The translations under genes were made by a program, and so were the position numbers. DNA of 64,000 nucleotides from Zygnema circumcarinatum SAG 698-1b (Eukaryota; Plantae; Zygnematophyceae), in NCBI GenBank assembly GCA_037447605.1, contig CM074804.1, positions 992,001 through 1,056,000 on the forward strand, read 5' to 3'. Of the stretch, positions 52,552-64,000 are shown piece after piece (position 1 is the first letter of the stretch; every line of letters starts with the position of its first letter). The notes beneath the pieces are model-generated. The model did not search any database, had not been told where the DNA came from, and saw only the letters and a program-made list of their open reading frames with translations.

Positions 52552-53576
52552 GGCTGCCTACAACCCGCAGCGCCGTAGTAAGCGGCGAGCCCTAACTGGC
52601 TCTCCATGACTTGTTTCCATGTGAGAGCTCCCCGTCACAGTTACAAAATTAGTTTTTTCTTTCCTATTTCCCTTGACCTTGGCTGAAACGTCTTAATAAC
52701 GGTCAGATTTCCGGTCGGCCAATCAGAGCCTGTTTTCAAATCGCGGTCTCCGAAATTGTGGGACCTCATCCCTTCCTGATTGGCTGGCGGCTCGTGGTCG
52801 TACAGATTTTCGTACAGTAGTAAATGACATTGTAGGAGACAAAATATAACCATGTTTTTCTGTTTTACAGCAGATTTGAACATGAAACAGGGCGTTTTAT
52901 GTCTAGTTAAACAGGTTTTTTACGAGAGGTTATAGTCAGAATGGGTGACTAAATTAGCGCAACTAATATGGGTTATTTTAGCTAGCAATTTTATTGACCA
53001 ATTAAGACAGCTAAATCTACCACCTTTGACCAAGAGATGCTGCCGAGGGCGATGGAATGATGACGTAAGAAAACGTCATCTGGATTCCAACCAAACGTAA
53101 GATTTTTTTTCGTTAAAATTGGACAGTTTTCCAGGCGGCCCCAAAGTATTCGGGCGCAAATGGAGTACAGAGTCGAGCCGGGAGGGAGCGCCACGCAGCA
53201 TCCCCTCCAACCAGAGGCTCTCAATCCCTGCAAGGAGAGCTCGGCTATGGCGGCTGTCCGCCGTGCTTCCGCCCGAAAGGCGGGCTCCCGCACGGCAGGA
53301 AGGGCGGGAGCACGGCAGGGATGAAACGATGGATGCCGGCTTTCTTCCTCTATCGGTGGATATGCTGAGAGTGGGTTCTCGGGAGAGCATTCATGCGACG
53401 GAGGCGATGTGACACGCAGTTGCTGCGAAAAGACTGATGGAGTGAACGAAAAGGAGAAATTTTATGTTTCTTATGTTTGGTGAGGGAGGAGAAGTAGATT
53501 TTCGACCCTTGGAAGAGGCCGGAGTGCTGCCCTTTGGAGTATTCTAAAGCCTCCTTGGAGGTTCGGTAGCTCAGCC

Positions 53577-56328
53577 ATGGTCGCGGTATTGCAAGAGCAT
53601 TTGGCTTTGCAGGTCGCAGAATGTGGCAGCTGTCCTTTGTCAGGAAGAGCAGAATCCAAGACTCGGTGCACCAGGCATACCATGAGAATCGATTGTAGCA
53701 ACAGAGGTTGCCAAACAGAGGCAGCAGCATTTAGGAGCAAGCTTAGTCGCCATTGGCTACAAAATAACAGCTTACCGTCCAGATTAGTGAATCACAGGTT
53801 TGATACAGTGAATGGAGGTCGACTTCAGTACTGGAATACACATCTGCGGTTTCAGCAATCAGGCAAAACAAGATGGTGTCAAGCAGTTCAAGTGGTAATG
53901 CCAACCCTGCTCGATACCCTTCTCGCTTTGTGACATCTGGCAAAATGGCTTTCGCAACAGGGCAGGGAATTGTTTGGAGTAATGCAGAGTACATCAGCAT
54001 GATCTTGAACCTGAATTTGCTTAATTTACAGGCATATCATGTTTTAGTCAGTCGGAAACGTTAGGGCGTTTCTCTCTCTCTCTCTCTCTATAAGGCTGAG
54101 ATAGGGTACATGGGCCCTTTGGTTCTTACAGCGACTCAGTCTTTTCCTTCTTTTCGAGTGAATTTTTCAGGGTGCAAGGCTGCTGGACCCTGTGGTCTTC
54201 GATGCCGCAAAGCTCACAGTCGACTTCATGGATGCAGTGAACCCAGCAGATGTGGCCTATCCACAGCAGCTACTGCCAAGATGTTACACTCTTACACACC
54301 ATGATGTGACCGCTGAACTCCAACTTTCCATAGGATCGTGTGTTAATGAGAGACAGGTCAGCCTCGTACTTTCCCCTGTTGCTCGCTTTAGGATGGTGGT
54401 GCCACTCATCGGCGACCGAAAACAGGAGGAATGCGAGGTCAATGTCTCTCAGAACATGATCGAGGGAGTGTGGTGTGTGAAGCCGTTTAACTGTAGACCT
54501 GCTTCTTGAACGATTAGTGAAATCTGCTGTTTCATGAATTGTAACTGAAATATTACGAGGCCAGACTCAGCTCATCATTTTTTGATCGGCTACTCCGTTC
54601 TAGAAGCCATCCTGGACTTTTCTTTGCAGATTATGTGGCGATGAACGGTAGTTAGATTGTTGTTCAAAAACTTGACATTTACACCGTCGTAATGTGAATG
54701 TACTTGAGCAAATGGCGCTCCATGATCCCCGCCAGCACGATGAAAAACTAGATATGGGAAGAGCTCTCCTTGCCTATTGTGGTTTTTGTTATGGACATGG
54801 CTAACGGGGGCAGACGCTCCACGCGATAATCTGGTTTGGTTAACCTCATTAGGCCGTGGGTTTAGTCCTCAGCACTAATTCTTTCCATTTCTCGCAGGTT
54901 TCCTTTTTGTTGTTCTTGGAGCTCCATCTTGTGCTTTACTGATCCTACACTTCACAAATAAGATTGGAAGAGTCCCTCTCCAGATTCATACACTCTTTAC
55001 TCATTGCTGTTAATCTGAGTTTGTATGATTGCAGCTTAGTGGCTGGTATACTCGCCTCCTGCGCGATGAAGTTGTAGCAGAGTGGCGGACGAATGGCCAT
55101 AATCCAAATTGTCTGTCATTGCATGTGCACTGCCATATAAGTGGAGGGCAGGCCTTCCTTGCGCCAGCATCACTTAGAGACTGGATCTTTCAAAGAGAGA
55201 TGCCCCTGGTGAGTTACTCAGCTCACAATTATGTATGTCTAGCCGTCTGTAAACTACACGCTGACCTCCATCTGTTAGAATGGCCGAGAATTGCACGGTA
55301 GATATATTTTTCTCTATGTCTTTGGCTAATGCTTTCTATCTTCTGTTTTGCAAAATAATATCTCATAGCGTTGTGTTGTCTTCTTGTTAAAACAGGTCCT
55401 ACAAGCGTTCAGACATGGGGATAGAGCACTTTTTGAGATGCATCCAAGTAAGTTTTTGATTGCCTTTCCATTTCTTGTTGGAATTGGACACACTAGGTCG
55501 GTGGCTGGCAGGCATGCATGGTGCCCTCTGTATTACTTTAAGAACTGCAGTTTTCACGGTAATTAATTGCTGGTGCCACATTTTGGTTTTTTTGGACACT
55601 AGTCAAGCATGGTTTGCCTCGATACTGAATGCGAAGTGCTAACAGAGGACGTATGCAGGCATAGAATGTCGCTTCAGAATATTCTAGGGTTTGATAATGC
55701 TTCTTCCGGCAGGGCTTGGTATTGGCGATTCTTGAACCTTTCTTGGATGTATAGAAATGATGGTATCTCATGAGGAGGGTTAAATTTCACTTAAAATCTC
55801 AGGAAATGGACGGCTAGGCATCTAGCTTTAGAATTCAGCCCTAAAACTAAACCAGATGTATGAAAATTCACTCAAATAAATACACATCTTGATCATTTTC
55901 ATAATCTTGTCTTGGGTGATGTCCAGAACGAGGACCTGAAATTGATCTCTCTTTCTCAGCCGTCGATTCTCATGTAATGATGATCTTTTTTTTGTGAATC
56001 CGCTGCAGAGCTTGACTTCGCAACTGTGTGGGTGCATTACCACTCAGTTGACCCTCGCTTCAGCCGCGCTGACTGTTGGGGTCCCTTACGCTTAGCAGTA
56101 GGCCACCTTGATTCCTCGTTAGATAATGGTGTAAGTAAGAATGAGCAGCCAAGGGCTTCAAGACTACATTCACTGCAGGACGAGGCAGACTGGATAAAAG
56201 ACCTCAATGTAATGCCAGACTTAGAGCTGAATGAGGCTCTCTTCCTCGGCTGTGATGGAGAGGAGCTGGTCAGCCTCGTGGAAGAGATACCGTCTTCAAC
56301 TCTGCTTGAAAGCGAGTCTGTACATTAG
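53577..56328 (+). CDS. SGR: STAY-GREEN (Mg-dechelatase; NYE1/SGR family), ~354 aa with a transit-peptide-like N-terminus
   Basis: In-phase exons 53577-53894, 54032-54046 (inferred micro-exon), 54171-54356, 55035-55208, 55396-55447 and 56009-56328 encode ARLLDPVVFDAAKL, LPRCYTLTHHDVTAELQL, RDEVVAEW, LHVHCHISGG, AFRHGD and VWVHYHS...CWGPL. The 5' exons are less certain. Confidence 0.92.
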
Positions 56329-56749
56329 TTGCAGAAATGTAGCTGTGTAGGAGCTCTGTGGGAGAGCTCGACTATAGTGTCCCCTGGGAAGCTCTGACTG
56401 TGTAAATTTACTCTGGAAAGAATAAGGGGAGGTGGGTCCGACTATATGTGGCTTGATCCAGGTAAGAAAAGAAGGCATTCCTCTCTTCGTGGAGAAAGGA
56501 GGCTCCGCCGGCTGTCCTGTAACTCTTCCACCGTATTTGGTCCATTGGAAGACCCGGCCTTCTACTGCCTGCTTTCGATATTCTTGCAGGGGTGGACCCT
56601 GATTTTGACACAGGTCCATCCCAGCACTTCTGGTACATTAATTTCATGCTGAGAACCCTAAAAATATGGCTTTGGAGGCTCATTTTGACTAGTCAACTTT
56701 CGGAGTTTGTAAGCACCTTCAGAGAGTTTTTTTTTATCACAACTCTCTG

Positions 56750-57200
56750 TTGACATCCCTCTCTCTCTCCCATCCTCACTCGTGACATCTCTCCCCCTCT
56801 CTCCCTTGACATCCCTTTCGCCTTCTCCAGTTCTCTCGTCGTGACATTTCTCCCTTCCTTGACATCTCTCTCGTTCTCTCTCCCTGACATCTTTGTCTCT
56901 TCCTTGACATATCTCTCTCTCTCTCCTTTTAACATCTCCCTCTCTTTGACATCTTTCTTCCCTCCCCTTTACAGCACGCTCTCTCTTTCGACAAGATTCT
57001 CTTTCTCACTCCCTTGACATCTCTCTCCTTTCACATCTCCCTCTCTTATGACATCTCTCGCTCTCTCCTTCACATCTCTCTCCTTGACATATATCTCTCT
57101 CTCTCCCTTGACACCCCCCCCCCCCCTCCCTCGTCATCTTCCACTCTCTCCCTCGACATATCTGTCCCTCGACATCTCTCTTTCCCTTCTGACATCACTC
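56750..57200. repeat. Irregular pyrimidine-rich minisatellite anchored on GACAT
   Basis: 14 exact GACAT copies (56752-57191) plus AACAT/CACAT/GACAC variants, separated by CT-rich spacers. Confidence 0.85.
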
Positions 57201-58571
57201 TCGGTCTAGGTGTTATGGTGAACCCTCCGCAGTTTCGTCAAAGAACAGCCTGAGACTAGTTTATTTTTTTCATGTATTGAAACTCGCCAAGAAAAGTGTT
57301 TCCCTCTGCTCGCAATAAGGAGGGATGGTTTCTTCCAAATGAATACTTTGTTTCAATCGGTAAAGTGATGGGAGGCCTTTGATGTGTCTGTGATGCCGGT
57401 GCCTATGTTGGGGGCATATTGCTGTCATTGCAGATAGATTGGTCAAGTATTTCGAATTATCAAGTCATGGAGAAGATTAGTTATGTTGCAAGATAATAAT
57501 AAAGTGAAATCAACTTCAGGCAGGATTGGAAAGCAGCCGCTTGGATGAGCAAAACCTACACCTATGTGGAAGTTCTAAATTTGAGCGTAGGTTTTCTAAA
57601 TCTTTATAACATTCACTGCCTAAACGCTTTAGTAGCTGACAGGATGATTTGCACGAGGGGCAATTGTAATGGCAGCATGCAACATGTGAACATGTGCAGA
57701 CGAGACAAGCCGTGATTGGCTCCCGTTTATAAGAATATCTGCAATGGAAGAGCAATTGCCAAGCCATAAATTGACGTGTGCCATTTTAAGAAGTGGAGGC
57801 TGTTACATTCAAGGGAATTACCAGCTGCTAGAAATGGGCGAATGGGTGTTGTTGTTGACCGTGTCGGTGGCCTTCCGCCGCTCCCTCCCTCCTGCCCTCC
57901 CTCCCTCCCTCCGCGCGATGTGCCACACATCGGCGACCTTCGCGGCTGAGAGAGGGCTTGAAGCGTTGCGGAGCCTAGGCGTAGCTTTCAGCTTTTTTTC
58001 TTTGTCCTTAGGTTCTTTGCGACCAGTTCCTCGTGGTTCCCCATGATAATTTTGGCCATGTAGATTTCATGGCATCATCGCCATTGTGAGATCAATGCTA
58101 CATCTCTCCCAGAAACAATGAAACAATCGGCAAACAAAACTGCAGAAGACTATCGACATAAAAGAGGTTTAGAACCAACGAATTCGACAAGGACACAAAA
58201 AAGCAATCTAAGGGTCACCACTGGCTCAACATTCGTCCCATAGAATCTTGAAGTTCCATGTCCTTCACAAACGCCAACGCCAGACGGACAGAGCACCGAA
58301 ACAGCAATACACGGCTCCCTTGCTTCTACAGTAACTGTGGGAAAAAAAAAAGCATTCCGTGATAGTAAAGTTGAAGAAAAGTGTACATGGGAGGAATGGC
58401 CTCAGCCTGCTGACGCCAAAGCTTGCGAAGAGCTACATCTTTAGATATACAAGCTATTGTAGCTCACTTATTCCGATAACTCTGAGCAAAGAAAGAGCTC
58501 GAAGAAGTGCTGTTGCTGAGAATACTAAGCATTTTTCAGACGGGTAAAACAAGGATGGGAAACCTAAGTAT

Positions 58572-59411
58572 TTATGAACCTGCAGCTTCAAAAGAAGCAA
58601 TCGCATTCACCCCCTCCAAAAGGTCCTCTGTCTGCTTCTCCAAAAGTTCCTCCAGGTTCTGCATCCGGTGTTCCATAATTTCGAGTTCTTCCATGACAGC
58701 TACTTTTGCAGCTTGCACGAATGCAGAAACTTCAGCATCATAGCTGTGCCTCCTTTTCTTCTTCGCGCTGCCAGGGGTTGTTTCAACGTCTGCTCTATTT
58801 GCAGAGCTTTCAAGCCTGCGCACTGAAAACTCAGGATTGAGATTCGGCTGATCTCCAAGCCACTCTTCTAATGCCAGGAAAACCCTATCGCTGAAGTAGG
58901 AAGGCAAACCATGCTCCTTTCTCTCACGCGGAGTCATATCCCAGTACGCAGGCTTGCCAGGCGGATTCCTGTACTTCACTTTCTTGTAATCTCGCTTCAA
59001 ATTCTCCCACTTTTGTCGGCATCGAGTCTTGTCCTTATCAGTCACGCCTTGCGCTACCATTTCCTCGGCTACAATCGTCCATTTTTCGTCTGCTGAAGCC
59101 GGAGGTCCATTCCATCCTCCCATCTTTTCAACTTGCCTCCTCCTTGACTCCACCAGTACAAGAGTTTCCAGTTCCGTCCATTTTGCCTGTCTGAAGCTCG
59201 TCGCCTCCGCCTGCTTCCAGCCATCATGCTGCTGTATCGGAGTCCACATGCTGCCGCCGAGCGGCGAAATATGGTACTCAGCATGCATCGGACTCATGTC
59301 CTGACCGTCGTCCTTCATGCCTCTCCTCATTTGCAGAAGTGAATGCTGAAAGGGAACTATCATGTTCCCTCCTGTAGGCGAGCCTCCCGGCCATAACTGC
59401 CGTCTCTCCAT
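58572..59411 (-). CDS. Trihelix (Myb/SANT-like, GT-family) transcription factor, ASR3/SH4-like clade likely
   Basis: KWTELETLVLVESRR...KWTIVAEEM...CRQKWENLKRDYKKVK...YWDMTPRERKEHGLPSYF; NLS-like KKKRR; C-terminal coiled-coil. ATG at 59411. A short extra 3' exon is possible via a GCAG|GT donor near 58580. Confidence 0.85.
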   Translation of the reverse strand: MERRQLWPGGSPTGGNMIVPFQHSLLQMRRGMKDDGQDMSPMHAEYHISPLGGSMWTPIQQHDGWKQAEATSFRQAKWTELETLVLVESRRRQVEKMGGWNGPPASADEKWTIVAEEMVAQGVTDKDKTRCRQKWENLKRDYKKVKYRNPPGKPAYWDMTPRERKEHGLPSYFSDRVFLALEEWLGDQPNLNPEFSVRRLESSANRADVETTPGSAKKKRRHSYDAEVSAFVQAAKVAVMEELEIMEHRMQNLEELLEKQTEDLLEGVNAIASFEAAGS

Positions 59412-59779
59412 AGCGCGCGCGCCGCACCGCTGCATTCAACCAATCCGCCATATTAAACTTCACACGATTATTATTCCTCCACTCAACTTCCCTTCCACCT
59501 TCAACCCCCTCCCTTCCAACTCGCTCCTCTCGCCCTTCCCGCTTCCCGCTCCCCCCTCCTGCAACCGCCCTCTTTGCAGCGCCTCAGAAAATCGAACCAT
59601 AAACAGAAAAAGCTGTAGAAGCATGAAGAAGCTGAACTGCGTGCGTACGTTTGTAAGCTTCACGCATTCCCACCGTTCACATGGCCGCCATAGCCATGGC
59701 CGCGTTCCCTCCCGCTCCTTGCCGCTGTCCCCTCCGCCATGAACAGTTCAACTGTCGCCAGCCCTAACGCTCTCTTTAA

Positions 59780-59827
59780 CACGTGCCAACCTCCTATTCA
59801 CACGTGTGAATTCGCCTCCCGCACGTG
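59780..59827. promoter_or_regulatory. Three CACGTG G-boxes at exact 21-bp spacing upstream of the trihelix gene
   Basis: CACGTG starts at 59780, 59801 and 59822. Confidence 0.6.
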
Positions 59828-60995
59828 TGACGGGGTCCCCCCATTCGCTCCAGCCGTGATAAGCCCCAGCCCTCGTCCGTACATTCAAACGGTTTTCATG
59901 ATCCCGTTTTAGGATTCTGCGTGTCTACCTCTCCATGCAGTTTTACGTCTGTGGAACGTTGTGCCACAGAACGGTGCACATGAGTCGAATTTTTGGGATT
60001 CAATTTTTGTTTGAATTTTTACGGAGATCGCATATATGGAGAGGCGTTGTTGAGCATCGAAGCAGAGCAGGCTCAAAGTTCAGAGCTCAGAGCTCATAGC
60101 CTTTTCCTTTCTGTCCTTGGAGGTTGGTTCTTCGTGGTTTCCCCAAGGACAAAGAATTTGTAGAATCCCTCTACATTTGATGGCGTCGCCATTGACTAAT
60201 GCAAATACACCTCGTGAGTTCAATCAAACATCTTTCCCCTTTCATTCTGTCCTATATTATTACAAAGTTTGCAATAGCAAGGAAACGAAACCAAGCATTT
60301 AAACTTTATGATTATATATATGCGTACGAACTTAGGAACCATCGAAGCTAAACCACATAATGAAGTGCAGCTGAAGATGTTCCTGTTTGTAGTTCTTAGG
60401 GCTTTCAGAGTTTTCGCTAGCCTGCTTATATCATGTGATTCCATTTGTATACTTTCGTTCTCAGTTTCCTTGAGTACGTGAAGGTCGAAAAACAGCAAGA
60501 CGTGCTCGAGCCATCTTTGACCCCTCTTCAGCCCATTTTCAACACATTAGGGATTTTTTCTTGTTCACAAAGGAAAAGAAACAAAGAAAGAAAACTGTAC
60601 AGGTCCATTGACAGTGACAGCTCTGGACCTCTACAAAGCTTCACATGTTGCAGTCCCCCCAGTCTCTTGCACTGGGCAGCAAATGCCCCTCTCACCCACC
60701 TCGCTAAGTCGCTGACCCTAATTTACAAGCAGCACAACAATCACTTCCCTCCTGTACACGCGTGCATGCTTTCTAACCTACAAACCATCCATCCATCCAT
60801 CCATGCGTCCTACCCTAGTTCATACACACTGCGGAGCAGCAGAAACCCTAAGCTCTCCAAAGCTTCAACCATCCGAACGTCCGTCCCACTCACAACGTTA
60901 CCAATAGGCCGTCAAGGAGCACATTCTCCCCTTGCAAGTGTTCAGTGTCCAGTGCAGCTCACAGAACAAGGAATTCCTTCGGAGATGAGATGCAT

Positions 60996-63900
60996 TCAGA
61001 ACCTGAACTTACAGCTCCCAAAGTAGTCTCCCCCCCCCCTCGAGACCTTCATCTTTTGTAGTATGAGGAGAGCCACCGCACACATCAGCCACGCCACGAC
61101 GAGCAATACCACCGCCACCTTCAGGGTGTTGTCCATATAGCGCCAACCATCCAGGAAGTCGTCCGCCATGGATGAGAGCTGAGCCCCAACATAAATCCTC
61201 CCACCATGTGAACTTCAGGAGGACATGACTTGTAGGAAAAGACGGCTACGAGACGCTCTTATTGAACTGGTCAGTTTCGATTTGATCAAGCCAGATCGTA
61301 CCTGACTAACGAGAGTGACCAAATGTACGAAAAATAGATTTAAGGTAGATTTGCATCCCGGGTAAAACAATAAGAAAGTAAAATGGGAGAGAGGTGCTTC
61401 TATGATTTAACAGCTCATCTTAGGGTGCGTTCCCTCTCTTGGAACCTTTCAACTCCGACAAAATTTTCAGTTACTTTAGGCACAACGAGGGACGCAACGT
61501 AAGCAGGAGCTGCACCCACCTGAACTGCCGTAGCATAGAAAACGTTCGGCTTATATGGGAGGTTCTTGTCAGCGCGATAGAGAGCAAACTCGAGCATTTC
61601 CAGCAAAGCCATATCTTCCGTGGAATCGGCTTTTCCCTCGTCTTCCACAGTTCTCCGCGTGTACCCTGACATGAAAAAGAAAACTTTCAAATTTCACAAC
61701 TTGGCTGAACAAAAGCCAAGGAAGGGTTCTGTGCAAGGCGTTCTAATGTCACAATGCTAGAAATTCACCATTATCATCGAAATAATTATTCGAAACTATT
61801 GTGTTTGGTGAAGAATCTGACGGTATTGGGATCTCATCAGCTGGAAGAAAGAAAGAACGCGGATAAACATGCAGAATTTCTGAAGCAGTTTGCAATTGAT
61901 GTCTACGTGTTACCCAGGCCTACTGCAGACTTGCTCTCGAAATTCCACACCAGCACAAGTTAAGTGAAGTGCAATAAGTGAAGGAAACGAACGCACCTGC
62001 AATGTCAAAGACGTAATCCACAGGGGACACCCCCAAGATCTTTCCGAGTAGAATTTGGGCCTCAATGCGGTCTTCAGCTTTCAAGCGGTCGCCATGCGTC
62101 ATCACCACTACAGGGCGATCATCTGACGCCACAAAAGAAGGGGGGTGAGAGAGAAAAAAGGAAAGAAGAACGAAAGGGGGAGAGGGAAGCGGGAGCGAGT
62201 GAGGGAGGGAAGGAGGGAGGGAGTTGGGTGGAGGGAGGGGGAGGGGGATCCTGATAACCGCTCCATACCTTTGAATGAAAGAAACGGGTTCGTGCACAAA
62301 CGTTTCAAATTTCGAATGGCCATCTCATCATTGCGCTCCAATATGCAATGCAGGGACACTGCCGACACCGCCAAGATAACAAAATTGACTTGTCGTTTTT
62401 CAGAAAGCTTGTGCAGCCCTTGGCGAGCTCGAGCATCAAGATTCTCCCTCTCACCGCTGCTGTCACTCTTCCTGCTCAATGCGCTCATCAAACCCAAAAC
62501 CAATTTCATCAAATTTGTACCCGAAGGAGCAGACAAGAACATACCTGCCTTATTAGCTCACATACACGTATATAGCAAAGGGAATTATTGTCATCATTTC
62601 GAAGCCATGTATGTTCAGGCTATGAGCCTGCCCTTCGCACTGAAAAGAAGGTACACTTATTCCTACACTTCAAATGGGAAATAATAGTAATGAGACCATT
62701 GCTTATCGCCAGACGCCACTGACTCCAGCAGCAACAATATTGTCTCTGGAGTTGGATTTCAGCTACTGCAACCCCATTGTCTGAAGCGTAGAACTCAACT
62801 TGTCCACCCAAGCGGTGCCCTTAATACTCAAGTAGCTTGTAATGCGAAGCAGTTGAGAATGGATGCACGACTTGACCCTGTAATCACAGTGAATATGAAT
62901 TACCTGACCACTTTCTGTCCATGGCGTACCCCTTTCACAATCCAGTTCCGGACAATTGCTCGACCTTCCTCGGAGTCCATGGATGGCAGGCCACGGCTGT
63001 CAAATACAACAATCTTGCCTGATTCCTCACATACATTATATTCCTCGAGAAGAAACGTTCCATTCTCCCCTTGTTGATCTGTGAAAACGAAAGAGCAAGG
63101 TTTAGCAGTATATCTCGTTACATTCCTCGGAGTATCGTCATGAAACAAACTCTTAATCGCGAAACTATTCAGGCCCCTTAAGGCTGTGAATGCGTTAACA
63201 GGTCGGAAAGCCCTATTCAATACCCGATGTGTGTTCCACGCCAATCATGCTTCCAAGCACGGAAGGACGCAGCCAACACTAGAAACAATTGCTCCAAAAA
63301 AGCCAACAAAAAATCATGATCTCGCCAGAGGCACCAACGAACAATTACAATGCTCTCACCAAGTACTTGAGCCATGTCGAATCCCTGCTTCTTTCCGTTA
63401 AGCACACGAATCATATTGTTGATCAATGTACTCTTCCCGGCTCCCATAGGACCCACCACTAAGAACGTTGTAGCTTTGGGGATTTGGTAGTCATGTTTGG
63501 TCCTGCCACCTGCTGGGTAGAGGTGATTCCCCGGTCGGTATCTGGACAAGGCCCCGGAATAAAAATAGAATTAGACAGTTTATTATACTGATTTTGGCAG
63601 CTAATTGAATACAACAGCCATCTGCTGGAAAAAGAAAAACAGCAGAAAAATACCCACAACAAGGCCGCCATTCTTCTTCAAAGACATCAAGCGTGGCAAA
63701 ACAGCCATTGCTGTAAGAGCAGAGAACAGCTCGAGAGGCATTGCCTTCATATGCAAACCAGGATGCTTTCAATTGAAAAGGATAAAAAAGGTAGTTCAAT
63801 TCTCCAGATATTAACAAGCACGAAGAAATGTAGGAGGTACATTGCGTTGTGTTTTAGATTAGCACAAGTAATGCAATTAGGCGAGATGAAAATAAAATTT

Positions 63901-64000
63901 CTTACTCGGCAATCTTCCGGCGGAACTCCTCAAGCTTGTCAGCTCGCTTTACGAGAGACTGCCGCTTCTGTTGAAGCTGCTGCTTTAGCCTCTCATGCTC
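60996..64000 (-). CDS. IFI44-like P-loop NTPase (putative GTPase) with an N-terminal coiled-coil and a C-terminal transmembrane segment; 5' end lies outside the window
   Basis: Exons 64000-63906, 63541-63360, 63078-62904, 62471-62269, 62122-61997, 61665-61520 and 61178-60996 all join in phase. Motifs: FLVVGPMGAGKSTLINN (P-loop), VFDSRGL (DxxG), VVVMTHGD (G4-like), and hydrophobic VAVVLLVVAWLMCAVALLIL near the C-terminus. Confidence 0.85.

Overview
Gene-dense, intron-rich eukaryotic DNA from a green plant (streptophyte). The species cannot be fixed from sequence alone; the DUF3228 gene suggests a non-seed plant or streptophyte alga (inference). Genes reconstructed by hand from GT-AG splice sites and reading phase, left to right: a possible gene start at the left edge (-); a single-exon 2441-aa SUO-like TFIIS-N protein without a BAH domain (-); prefoldin-like UXT (-); a ~50-exon SGR6/MROH1-type HEAT-repeat gene (+); an F-box/LRR gene (-); an organelle-targeted DCL/DUF3223 gene (-) head-to-head with a DUF3228 gene (+); an RR-TZF tandem CCCH zinc-finger gene (+) behind a dense ABRE/G-box cluster; an uncharacterised membrane-anchored alpha/beta-hydrolase-like gene (-); STAY-GREEN Mg-dechelatase (+); a trihelix transcription factor (-); and an IFI44-like tail-anchored P-loop GTPase (-) that runs off the right edge. 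The most striking unexplained structure is a ~1.1-kb fold-back at 50078-51218: an inverted duplication of the hydrolase gene's last codons and 3' UTR, a candidate hairpin-siRNA/proto-miRNA locus. No tRNA, rRNA, CRISPR array or intact transposon was found. All family assignments come from remembered motifs, not database searches.
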